A stretch of DNA of 64,000 nucleotides from contig JAQXJU010000065.1 in assembly GCA_029009115.1 (NCBI GenBank), positions 11,336 through 75,335 on the forward strand, read 5' to 3'. Every line of letters starts with the position of its first letter. Position 1 is the stretch's first letter. The position numbers were made by a program, and so were the translations under genes. The notes under the pieces were generated by a model. That model saw only the letters and a program-made list of their open reading frames with translations. It was not told the DNA's origin and did no database searches. The stretch is from Bacteroidales bacterium (GTDB lineage: Bacteria > Bacteroidota > Bacteroidia > Bacteroidales > UBA932). Of this stretch, positions 1 to 8,078 are shown piece after piece.

Positions 1-196
1 GATGGTACTTCAGGGCAATCTTAATGGTATCGTAGGGTTCGCCCTCGACTACCTTGTAGCTGAGGATGTAACCTTTCTCACAAAGAATCTTGGTAAGGGC
101 AACCTTCATCTTGGAAGAGGGAACTTCAACGACTTTCTTTCCAGCGAGATAAGCGTTGCGGATCCGGGTGAGAAAATCTGCAATAGGATCAGTCAT
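1..196 (-). CDS. rpsH: 30S ribosomal protein S8, N-terminal part (gene runs off the window start)
   Basis: My reverse-strand translation from the ATG at 196 gives MTDPIADFLTRIRNAYLAGKKVVEVPSSKMKVALTKILCEKGYILSYKVVEGEPYDTIKIALKYH, a typical S8 N-terminus. It lies directly downstream of S14, as in spc operons. Confidence 0.85.
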   Translation of the reverse strand, partial: MTDPIADFLTRIRNAYLAGKKVVEVPSSKMKVALTKILCEKGYILSYKVVEGEPYDTIKIALKYH

Positions 197-215
197 ATCG
201 TTTGTCTTTTTATTA

Positions 216-485
216 TTACCAACTAGCTTTCTTTACGCCGGGGATGAGACCGTTGCTGGCCATCTCGCGGAACTGCATACGGCTGAGGCCGAATGCACGC
301 ATATATCCCTTGGGTCTGCCGGTCAGAGAACAACGGTTGTGCAGACGGACGGGAGATGAATTCTTGGGGAGCTTGTCGAGGGCTGCCCAATCTCCGGCCT
401 CCTTGAGAGCCTTTCTCTTCTCGGCGTATTTAGCAACCAGTTTCGCGCGCTTTAACTCGCGGGCTTTCATTGATTCTTTTGCCAT
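216..485 (-). CDS. rpsN: 30S ribosomal protein S14
   Basis: 89 aa, [24 protein letters not shown]...[27 protein letters not shown]14 signature and operon position between L5 and S8. Confidence 0.95.
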   Translation of the reverse strand: MAKESMKARELKRAKLVAKYAEKRKALKEAGDWAALDKLPKNSSPVRLHNRCSLTGRPKGYMRAFGLSRMQFREMASNGLIPGVKKASW

Positions 486-491
486 AGTATC

Positions 492-1088
492 TTAGTTGTT
501 ATGTTTCTTGAAAGGCAGGCCGAACTCCTTGAGGAGAGCGTAGCACTCCTCGTCGGTGCGTGCGGTGGTCACAAAGGTAATCTCAAGACCGTGGATTCGG
601 GGGTTCTTGTCGATGTCAATCTCGGGGAAAACGATCTGCTCCTTGAGTCCGAGAGTGTAGTTGCCGCGTCCGTCCATATTCTCGGCGATACCGTTGAAGT
701 CACGGATACGGGGAAGAGCAACCCTGATGAGCTTCTCGAGGAACTCATACATCTTGACGTCGCGCAGGGTAACCTTTGTTCCGATGGGCATGCCCTTACG
801 GAGCTTGAAATTGGAAACATCCTTGCGGGAAGTGGTGATGATAGCCTTCTGGCCTGTGATGAGGGCAAGCTCGGCTGCGGATTCCTCGACAACTTTCTTG
901 TCCTGGGTGCCGGAACCGACACCTTCATTGATGCTGATCTTTACAAGGCGGGGAACCTGCATGACAGTGGTGTAGCCAAACTGCTTCATCAGCTTGTCAA
1001 CAATCTCTTCCTTATATGCCTTCTTGAGGGTAGGAACATATCCTTTCGGCAGAGCCTGAACCTCAACCTGTGTGTTTTTCTTTGCCAT
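492..1088 (-). CDS. rplE: 50S ribosomal protein L5
   Basis: 198 aa with L5-like motifs (MQVPRLVKISINEGVG, ITGQKAIITTSRKDVSNFKLRKGMPIG). Operon order is L24-L5-S14. Confidence 0.95.
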   Translation of the reverse strand: MAKKNTQVEVQALPKGYVPTLKKAYKEEIVDKLMKQFGYTTVMQVPRLVKISINEGVGSGTQDKKVVEESAAELALITGQKAIITTSRKDVSNFKLRKGMPIGTKVTLRDVKMYEFLEKLIRVALPRIRDFNGIAENMDGRGNYTLGLKEQIVFPEIDIDKNPRIHGLEITFVTTARTDEECYALLKEFGLPFKKHNN

Positions 1089-1090
1089 AA

Positions 1091-1408
1091 TTACTTGATC
1101 TCCTCTCCGGATTTTTTAGCGATACGGACCTTCTTGTCTCCTTCGATGCGATAGCCTACGCGAGTGGGCTTGCCGCTCTGGGGATCGATGAGGTTGAGGT
1201 TGGAAATATGGATTCCGGCCTCTTTCTTGATGATGCCGCCCTGAGGCTGCTTGGAGTTGGGTTTGGTGTGCTTGCTCACCATATTGACACCCTCGACGAC
1301 TGCACGGTCCTTGGCAGGGTCAACTGAAAGCACCTTGCCGGTCTTTCCCTTGTCGTTACCCGCGTTTACATACACGGTGTCACCTTTCTTGATGTGTATC
1401 TTTTTCAT
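1091..1408 (-). CDS. rplX: 50S ribosomal protein L24
   Basis: 105 aa, [23 protein letters not shown] (KOW motif). Lies between L14 and L5. Confidence 0.95.
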   Translation of the reverse strand: MKKIHIKKGDTVYVNAGNDKGKTGKVLSVDPAKDRAVVEGVNMVSKHTKPNSKQPQGGIIKKEAGIHISNLNLIDPQSGKPTRVGYRIEGDKKVRIAKKSGEEIK

Positions 1409-1421
1409 TGCTTCTCAGAAA

Positions 1422-1787
1422 TTAAAGGACCTCGGGTGCCAGTGAAACGATTTTCATATAGTTCTCACGCAGCTCCCTGGCCACAGGTCCGAAGATACGT
1501 GTTCCACGAAGCTCTCCTGCATTGTTGAGGAGTACGCAAGCGTTGTCGTCAAAACGGATGTAGGAGCCGTCGGCGCGACGGATTTCCTTCTTTGTACGGA
1601 CTACGACAGCCTTGGATACGGTGCCCTTCTTGGCATCTGCACCGGGGATGGCGCTCTTGATAGAGACGACAATCTTGTCGCCCACAGTCGCATAACGATG
1701 GTTGGTACCGCCAAGCACGCGGATGCAAAGGACTTCCTTAGCACCGCTGTTGTCGGCCACCTGTAAACGTGATTCCTGCTGTATCAT
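1422..1787 (-). CDS. rplN: 50S ribosomal protein L14
   Basis: 121 aa, [27 protein letters not shown]...; highly conserved L14 sequence. Confidence 0.97.
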   Translation of the reverse strand: MIQQESRLQVADNSGAKEVLCIRVLGGTNHRYATVGDKIVVSIKSAIPGADAKKGTVSKAVVVRTKKEIRRADGSYIRFDDNACVLLNNAGELRGTRIFGPVARELRENYMKIVSLAPEVL

Positions 1788-1789
1788 TG

Positions 1790-2044
1790 TTATTTGGCTT
1801 TTTCTACGATTTCAACTAATCTCCACCTCTTGGTCTTGCTCAGAGGGCGGGTTTCCATAATGCGAACGGTATCACCAATGCCACACTCGTTCTTTTCATC
1901 CTCTGCATAGAATTTGGTGGTCTTCTTGACGAACTTTCCGTAGAGGGGGTGCTTCTCCTTGGTCTCAACGGCCACAACGATGGTCTTGTCCATCTTGTTG
2001 CTGACCACGATACCTGTTCTTTCCTTACGAAGATTTCTTTCCAT
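1790..2044 (-). CDS. rpsQ: 30S ribosomal protein S17
   Basis: 84 aa, [22 protein letters not shown]...[19 protein letters not shown]; S17 pattern and operon position. Confidence 0.95.
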   Translation of the reverse strand: MERNLRKERTGIVVSNKMDKTIVVAVETKEKHPLYGKFVKKTTKFYAEDEKNECGIGDTVRIMETRPLSKTKRWRLVEIVEKAK

Positions 2045-2059
2045 GATCCTTTCTGTTTT

Positions 2060-2254
2060 TTAGTTTTGTTTTTCTTTCTCAGCAAGGATAGTGATCATGA
2101 GAGCGATATCCCTTCTGGACTTCTTGAATTTGGAGGTATCCTCCAGGGGAGAGATGGCGTGATTAATCTTCATGGAGTCGAGATTCGCCTTCTCGATCTG
2201 AATGCGGTCGCGGAGGTCTGCTACAGACATTTCGCGAGCTTCTGCTGCTTTCAT
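2060..2254 (-). CDS. rpmC: 50S ribosomal protein L29
   Basis: The ORF is open to 2284. The internal ATG at 2254 (MKAAEAREMSVADLRDRIQIEKANL...) gives a normal 64-aa L29 and removes the overlap with rplP. Confidence 0.85.
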   Translation of the reverse strand: MKAAEAREMSVADLRDRIQIEKANLDSMKINHAISPLEDTSKFKKSRRDIALMITILAEKEKQN

Positions 2255-2273
2255 CTTGTTCTCTGCAGTTTTA

Positions 2274-2693
2274 CTATTCAACATAATCCCTGCGGACGAC
2301 GAACTTCGTTGCTACGGGAAGCTTGTTGGCGCCGAGACGCATAGCCTCCTTGGCGGTAGCGAGGGAAACGCCCTCTGCCTCGAAGATGATACGGCCGGGA
2401 GTGATAGGAGCCACGAAGGCATACGGATCACCTTTACCTTTACCCATACGGGTATCGAGAGGCTTCTTGGTGATAGGCTTGACAGGGAAGACTCTGATCC
2501 AGATCTGTCCTTCACGGTTCATACTACGTGAAATGGCCTGACGGGCTGCCTCAATCTGCTGTGCGGTGAGCCAGCAGTTTTCAAGGGTCTTGATTCCGAA
2601 AGAACCGAATGCAAGCTGGTTGCCGCGCTGGGCCATACCCTTCATGCGATTCTTCTGCTCCCTTCTGAATTTTGTTCTTTTAGGTTGTAACAT
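2274..2693 (-). CDS. rplP: 50S ribosomal protein L16
   Basis: 139 aa, [35 protein letters not shown]...; canonical L16. No rpsC lies upstream (see findings). Confidence 0.95.
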   Translation of the reverse strand: MLQPKRTKFRREQKNRMKGMAQRGNQLAFGSFGIKTLENCWLTAQQIEAARQAISRSMNREGQIWIRVFPVKPITKKPLDTRMGKGKGDPYAFVAPITPGRIIFEAEGVSLATAKEAMRLGANKLPVATKFVVRRDYVE

Positions 2694-2778
2694 CGTTGTA
2701 TTACTTTAAAATAAATTATTTCACCTAACTCTCTAATAGTCAATAAGTAAGCATATTAGAGGCCGTTTTTGGGGACTG

Positions 2779-2786
2779 CAAAGATA
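2779..2786 (-). promoter_or_regulatory. Candidate Bacteroidetes -7 promoter box (TATCTTTG) upstream of rplP
   Basis: The reverse strand reads CGTATCTTTGC, matching the TAnnTTTG consensus. The same extended CGTAnnTTTG form occurs upstream of alaS and two other minus-strand genes in this window. It lies about 85 nt upstream of the rplP ATG. Confidence 0.35.
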
Positions 2787-2940
2787 CGAAAAATTTTCCT
2801 ATTACAAAGATTTTAAATAACTTTTTTCACACATTTTCGACACGAGATTTTTCACTTAACTAGCTTTGATTTGTGGAAGTTACGTACGGTGGTCAAAAAT
2901 ATTCTGCACAGTTTTCGACACGCGTTTTGCAAGTGCAAGT

Positions 2941-2957
2941 GGGGAGGGGAGGGAGGG
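2941..2957 (+). other. Canonical G-quadruplex motif GGGGAGGGGAGGGAGGG, embedded in a G-rich tract running to about 3010
   Basis: Four G3+ runs separated by single A residues, read directly. They are followed by GGGGG, GGG and GGGG runs up to the start of repeat array A. Confidence 0.6.
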
Positions 2958-3065
2958 TTAGCGGCGGGGGTGGAGCGGCGGAGCGGTTAGGGTTGGGCGG
3001 GGCTGGGATGGTTTGACGGAAACATGTCGAAAAAGTAAGTATTTCGGAGTATCCTCAGCCTTCAA

Positions 3066-3574
3066 CAAGACTCCGACAGGGGTAGCCCCGACCCGTGAAA
3101 TTCACCTCGAAAGACGATGTGCCTCTGAAGGCCTTCTGAAGGGGGTCAGCCCGAAAGGTGAATTTCACGAGACCACCCGACCGGCCCCAGAGGCACTTCT
3201 GACAGGGGTAGCCCCAACCGGTGAAATTCACCTTGAAAGACGATGTGCCTCTGAGGGCACTGTAGAGGGGGTAAGGCTCTGAGGTGAATTTCACGAGACT
3301 GCCCAACCGGCTTCTGAGGCACGTCTGACAGGGGTTACCTCGAGCCGTGAAATTCACCTCGGAACGCAATGTGCCTCTGAAGGCATTGTAGAGGGGGTAA
3401 GGCTCTGAGGTGGACACAAAGTCGTTCCACCTCCGAAGGGTATATGCCTCTGAAGGCCTTCTGATGGGGGTCAGTCCGGAAGGTGAATTTCACGAGATCG
3501 CCTAACCAGCCTCTCAGGCACTTCTGACAGGGGTCTCCCCAACCCGTGAAATTCACCTCGAAAGACAATGTGCC
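3066..3574 (+). repeat. Tandem mosaic repeat array A: 8 units of about 62-73 bp, each with a palindromic hairpin core
   Basis: Cores GTGAAATTCAC and GTGAATTTCAC lie at about 3095, 3158, 3221, 3284, 3347, 3482 and 3546. One variant unit carries GAGGTGGAcacaaagtcgtTCCACCTC at about 3405-3432. Unit bodies contain CTTCTGACAGGGGTAGCCCC or CTTCTGAAGGGGGTCAGCCC. Confidence 0.9.
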
Positions 3575-3647
3575 GATATTTTTTGAAAATTCTTTTAGGT
3601 GTTTTGCCTTGCCTTTGCGTATTAAATAACGTTAACACCGCCATATA

Positions 3648-4502
3648 ATGAATAACACCGCTGAAGACATTCAGGACAGAATGCTCTCACACGTTCTCAA
3701 ACACCACTTTTCGGCCATCACCGATAGTGAGCTTGAGTCGCGTCTTTCACAGATAAACAAAGAAATAGATTCTGCAGGCAGAAAGAAAAAGCGTCACAGC
3801 GCATTTGTCGTCTGCTTTGCGTCCGCAGCCGCCGTGGCAATTCTGCTGCTGGTGGGTGGGCTTGGCTTCAGGGCCGCCCGTGTCCCGGCTCTAGAGTATT
3901 ACAATTATGGCGAGAGTGCAATGAACGTCTATCTCCCCGACGGAACCCAGGTATGGATGAATCCCGGAGCAAGGCTTTCCCTCGACGGCAAGTTCAACCG
4001 CGAATGCAGGGACGTCACTCTCGAAGGTGAGGCTTATTTTGACGTGGCCCGCGATGAGCAGCGCCCCTTTACCGTCAGAACCGATGGATTCAGGGTCAGA
4101 GTCCTTGGAACCGTCTTCAATGTGCGGGCTCTTTCAGATGGAGATTCTGAAGTCACCCTTGCCAAAGGCTCGGTGATGATGCAGTCGCCCGAAGGGATGA
4201 ACCTTGTGCGTCTGATTCCGGGTCAGCAGGCTGTTCTTGACGCAGAAACCAGAGCTCTGGAAATACGTCAGACCTCAGTCGGCGATATGCTGATGCGCCA
4301 CTATGGTGCCGTGTCCCTCGATCACGCCACCATAGAAGAGATACTATCTGTCATCAACAGCAGTTACGGCTCCTCGGTAGAATGTTCCAAACCCTCTGAT
4401 ACCCAGACATACAACTTCTCATTCCAGAAAGATTCCCCTCTCGAGGATGTTCTGTCGATGCTGAGGTTCGTATGCCCAGGGCAGGAGTTTGTCATCAGAT
4501 AA
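3648..4502 (+). CDS. FecR-family anti-sigma factor (transmembrane sensor)
   Basis: 284 aa with one TM segment (FVVCFASAAAVAILLLVGGLGF) and a FecR-like periplasmic region (LPDGTQVWMNPGARLS...EAYFDV...FTVRT..FRVRVLGTVFNV). It lies immediately upstream of an STN-bearing SusC. Confidence 0.8.
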   Translation: MNNTAEDIQDRMLSHVLKHHFSAITDSELESRLSQINKEIDSAGRKKKRHSAFVVCFASAAAVAILLLVGGLGFRAARVPALEYYNYGESAMNVYLPDGTQVWMNPGARLSLDGKFNRECRDVTLEGEAYFDVARDEQRPFTVRTDGFRVRVLGTVFNVRALSDGDSEVTLAKGSVMMQSPEGMNLVRLIPGQQAVLDAETRALEIRQTSVGDMLMRHYGAVSLDHATIEEILSVINSSYGSSVECSKPSDTQTYNFSFQKDSPLEDVLSMLRFVCPGQEFVIR

Positions 4503-4520
4503 CCACTTAATTACTTAACA

Positions 4521-7500
4521 ATGGATCCAAGAAAGTTTCTTTCGGGTCTCCTCTTGATTCTGTGCATTTCCGTCAGCGTTCCTGCGGGTGCGGCGGATCC
4601 CGGCAGATATGATGTCCGCATATCGCTCGGGAAGACGAAAGTTGAGACCGTTCTGGGTGAAATCACTAAGCAGACAGGCATTTCTTTCTCATATGAGAAC
4701 TCCATCGGAGAAGAGCCTATGAAGGCGTTAAACGTCTTTTTCAGGAACAAGACCATCTCCGAAATGCTCGAATCGTTGCTTGGCGGGATGAACATCAGCT
4801 GGTCAGTGCACGGCCAGGTGGTGGCCCTGAGCTACAACAAGCCTGCAGCCAAGGCTGACGCCTCTGTCCGGTCCCCCGGAACTTTCAAGGTTTGGGGAAC
4901 GGTCAGCGACGGGACGGGCCTGCCTCTGCCGGGAGTAACGGTGCTTGCCTCTGCCCTCAGGCTCGGGACCCAGAGCGATGCTTCCGGAAAGTGGGAGATA
5001 AGCCTGCCAGAAGGACAGGTTGAACTGAGCTTTTCCTGCCTGGGATACAAGACCCTAACGCGCAGCGTATCGTCCGCCGGCAGCCTTGATGTCATACTCG
5101 AGGACGACAACCAACTGCTCGAGGAAATTGTTGTTGTGGGTTACGGCACCCAGAAAAAGGCTAATGTGACAGGCGCCGTGACTTCTATCGACTATGCCAG
5201 GAACGCCGAAGGGCGTCCTATCCTAAGCACCTCATCTTCGCTTGCCGGACTTGCCCCCGGTATGTCGGTCCTTCAGGGTTCGGGTCAGCCGGGCAGCGAC
5301 GGAGCTACCATACGCATCCGAGGAATAGGTTCCTTTACCTCGGCATCCTGCTCTCCTCTGGTACTTGTGGACGGAATCGAGTGGAGTATGGACAATGTCA
5401 ACCCCAACGACATCGAGTCCATCTCCGTTCTGAAAGATGCCGCATCCACCGCAATCTACGGAACCCGTGCCGCAAACGGTGTCATCCTTGTCACCACCAA
5501 GTCGGGGGCCGAGGCCCAACCGCGTATCAGCTACTCCTACAAGGGGATAATTCAGATGCCCTACAACAATCTTTCGCTGGTGTCGGACTATGCCGAGTAT
5601 ATGGAACTCTTCAACGAAGGCTGCGACAATGCCCGCACCTCGCACTCATTCAGCCAGACCAGCATTGATACATGGAAGAGTGCGGCTGCCGACCCCTATG
5701 CACTCAACGAGTACGGAGTCCCCAACTATGTCGCATACCCCAATACCGACTGGTTCGGCGAAATCTTCGACAACGGTTATTCTCAGGAGCACAACGTCAG
5801 CATCAGCGGAGGCAGTCGCAAGTCAAGATACCTCATATCAGGGGGATATCTCGACAATCAGGGTATTATGAACCGCTTTAATCTTGATTCCTCCAGCCAG
5901 AAGGCCAACTTCAGGACAAATGTCGAGGCCGACGTGCTCGACTGGTTCACTGTAGGTACCAAGATTCTGGGGCAGTGGCAGCAGTACGGCTGTGCCAACA
6001 TCTCGAACGGATTCAACTACCTGTATATGACCACTCCCGGTATCTATCCCGGAAGCGAGAATGCCTGGGGCCGCCCAGCCAATAACGAGGAGAGCCCCAA
6101 CGCCAACAATGTATTCGCCCAGATGGCGGGTTCTACCGGAAGCAAGCAGCAGTGGAGACTCAACGGAACTGTCTATGCCAAGATACGTCCCGTAAAGGGA
6201 GTCAGCATCGAGGGTACATTCAACTATTCCCCTACGCTCAAGGAGAACAAGACCTACAGCCGCGAGAACGGCTTCTGGGACTATGTCAAGGATGTCCGTT
6301 ATTCCAGCTCCGACCTTTCGAAGGCCGTTGCAAGCAATTCGATGTCAAGGACAAGCAAGATGTCCACCGACCTGCTTGTGCGTTATGACGGCTCATTCGG
6401 CGAACATACAATCGGGGCCATTGCCGGTTATTCAGCCATCCAGTACAGAACCTGGGGCTGGGGAGTCACCAAGAAGGGAGCCACCGACTGGGACCTTCAC
6501 GACCAGTCAACCTTCGAGACCATAGACTCGTCATCTTCAAGCCCGCTTGCCGGATGGGGCCTGCGTTCATACTTCGGAAGAGTGAACTATTCGCTGCGCG
6601 ACCGCTATCTGTTCGAGGCTAATCTCCGTGTGGACGGCTCGTCCAAGTTCGGATCAGCGACACGCTACGGTGTGTTTCCTTCGTTCTCAGCCGGTTGGAA
6701 GATGCACGAAGAAGAGTTTATGGCCCCTGTAAGAGGATGGCTCAATTCCTTGAAAATCAGGGCTTCGTGGGGCCAGACCGGAAACAACCAGGGTATAGGC
6801 GACTTTGCCTGGCAGGCTACCTACGCCACCGGAAAGGTCACTATCGACGGCAGCAATTCCACAGGCCTGTACATAGCTTCGATGAGCAACATCAACCTTA
6901 AGTGGGAAACGACATCGACCACCGATATCGGTATAGATGCAGCGATGCTCGACAGCCGCCTGACTGCCGAACTCGACTTCTACGACAAGAGCACTAACGA
7001 CATTCTCTTTACTCCGAGCGTGTATATGACTATGGGATTTGTCTCTCAGGTGCCCTCCAACCTCGGTTCGATGTGGAACAGGGGAGTGGAGCTCGCCCTC
7101 AACTGGAAGGATACCATAGGCAAAGACTTCTACTATCACGCCGGAGTTAACTTCTCATACAACCGCAACAGAGTTACTTCTTTCAAGGGAGAGCTTGTCA
7201 AGGAATGGCGCAACGGAAAGTATTACAACAATCTCAGTGACGTTTCCGAAAACTGGTCTTCGCCCGGAAAGCTCTGCGAAGGCCACGCGATTGGAGAGCA
7301 CTATATTCTCCAGCGCTACCGCGGAACAGGTGAAGGATATACCGGAGGCGGAGTTGACCCCGATGCCGGTCCTGTTGACGGAATGATACGCACCGAGACT
7401 GATATGAAATGGGTCAAGGCTATGATAGAGTCGGGCTATTCCTTCGGAGGCAAGACTATGACGACTCCCGACCAGTTGTGGTACGGCGACTTCATATATC

Positions 7501-8066
7501 AGGATACCAACGGCGACCGCAACTACGGAAACGAAGATGACAAAGAGTTCAACGGTCACAGTTCGACTCCTGCCGTGAATCTCGGCCTCAACCTTGGAGT
7601 TTCCTACAAGGGCTTCGACCTTAGTATGGTATGGGCGGGAGCATTCGGCTTCCATATCTACTGGGCATCGGAGTATTACAACTCCTCGACAGTGACCTGG
7701 GGCTACGGAATAGGACGCAGGGTTGCCGACGACCACTATTTCTACGACCCAGAGAATCCTTCTGACCCCAGGACCAACATCGACGGAACCTATCCGCGAC
7801 TCTACAAGGGGGCATCCCGTAACAAGGAAGTCTCCGACTTCTACGAATACCGCGGAGACTATCTCAAACTCAAGAACCTGCAACTGGGATACACCCTTCC
7901 GAAGAGCATCTCCGACAAGGCCTCCATCAACCAGTTAAGGTTCTATGTGTCGGGCGAGAACCTTCTGACTCTCACTTCTTTCCCCGGTATGGATCCTGAA
8001 AGGGGCTCCTCTATCGGATACCCTCTGATGAGGCAGATTTCTCTAGGAGCACAAATCACATTCTAA
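4521..8066 (+). CDS. SusC/RagA-family TonB-dependent outer-membrane transporter with an N-terminal STN signalling extension
   Basis: 1181 aa with a signal peptide. It has an STN-like segment (DVRISLGKTKVETVLGEITKQTGISFSYEN), a CarboxypepD_reg-like segment (FKVWGTVSDGTGLPLPGVTV), a plug (EEIVVVGYGTQKK, IRIRGIGS) and a terminal ...GAQITF. A SusD gene follows. Confidence 0.92.
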   Translation: MDPRKFLSGLLLILCISVSVPAGAADPGRYDVRISLGKTKVETVLGEITKQTGISFSYENSIGEEPMKALNVFFRNKTISEMLESLLGGMNISWSVHGQVVALSYNKPAAKADASVRSPGTFKVWGTVSDGTGLPLPGVTVLASALRLGTQSDASGKWEISLPEGQVELSFSCLGYKTLTRSVSSAGSLDVILEDDNQLLEEIVVVGYGTQKKANVTGAVTSIDYARNAEGRPILSTSSSLAGLAPGMSVLQGSGQPGSDGATIRIRGIGSFTSASCSPLVLVDGIEWSMDNVNPNDIESISVLKDAASTAIYGTRAANGVILVTTKSGAEAQPRISYSYKGIIQMPYNNLSLVSDYAEYMELFNEGCDNARTSHSFSQTSIDTWKSAAADPYALNEYGVPNYVAYPNTDWFGEIFDNGYSQEHNVSISGGSRKSRYLISGGYLDNQGIMNRFNLDSSSQKANFRTNVEADVLDWFTVGTKILGQWQQYGCANISNGFNYLYMTTPGIYPGSENAWGRPANNEESPNANNVFAQMAGSTGSKQQWRLNGTVYAKIRPVKGVSIEGTFNYSPTLKENKTYSRENGFWDYVKDVRYSSSDLSKAVASNSMSRTSKMSTDLLVRYDGSFGEHTIGAIAGYSAIQYRTWGWGVTKKGATDWDLHDQSTFETIDSSSSSPLAGWGLRSYFGRVNYSLRDRYLFEANLRVDGSSKFGSATRYGVFPSFSAGWKMHEEEFMAPVRGWLNSLKIRASWGQTGNNQGIGDFAWQATYATGKVTIDGSNSTGLYIASMSNINLKWETTSTTDIGIDAAMLDSRLTAELDFYDKSTNDILFTPSVYMTMGFVSQVPSNLGSMWNRGVELALNWKDTIGKDFYYHAGVNFSYNRNRVTSFKGELVKEWRNGKYYNNLSDVSENWSSPGKLCEGHAIGEHYILQRYRGTGEGYTGGGVDPDAGPVDGMIRTETDMKWVKAMIESGYSFGGKTMTTPDQLWYGDFIYQDTNGDRNYGNEDDKEFNGHSSTPAVNLGLNLGVSYKGFDLSMVWAGAFGFHIYWASEYYNSSTVTWGYGIGRRVADDHYFYDPENPSDPRTNIDGTYPRLYKGASRNKEVSDFYEYRGDYLKLKNLQLGYTLPKSISDKASINQLRFYVSGENLLTLTSFPGMDPERGSSIGYPLMRQISLGAQITF

Positions 8067-8078
8067 ACGGAAGTCAGT

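Noticed and set aside
2-226. 74-aa plus-strand ORF at the window start and 97-aa ORF at 202-495.
   Set aside because: They are antisense to rpsH and rpsN, which have clear ribosomal-protein sequences.
3013-3568. ORFs of 77-120 aa on both strands through repeat array A. Analogous ORFs cross arrays B (32979-33697) and C (46389-47301, up to 195 aa), encoding repeats such as EVNFTGxGxPCQKxLRGR...LVKFTF.
   Set aside because: The ORFs are open in several frames and on both strands simultaneously because the GC-rich repeat lacks stop codons. The reading frame is not preserved between arrays, since units are 62-64 or about 73 bp. The longest one starts inside a terminator hairpin (47297-47306). No signal, promoter or known domain is present. 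They are best read as non-coding repeats.
3066-3574. Possibility that the arrays at 3.1, 33 and 46.6 kb are CRISPR arrays.
   Set aside because: There are no unique spacers. Every segment between palindromic cores is itself part of the repeated unit and recurs within and between arrays. No cas genes or leader-like arrangement are present in the window.
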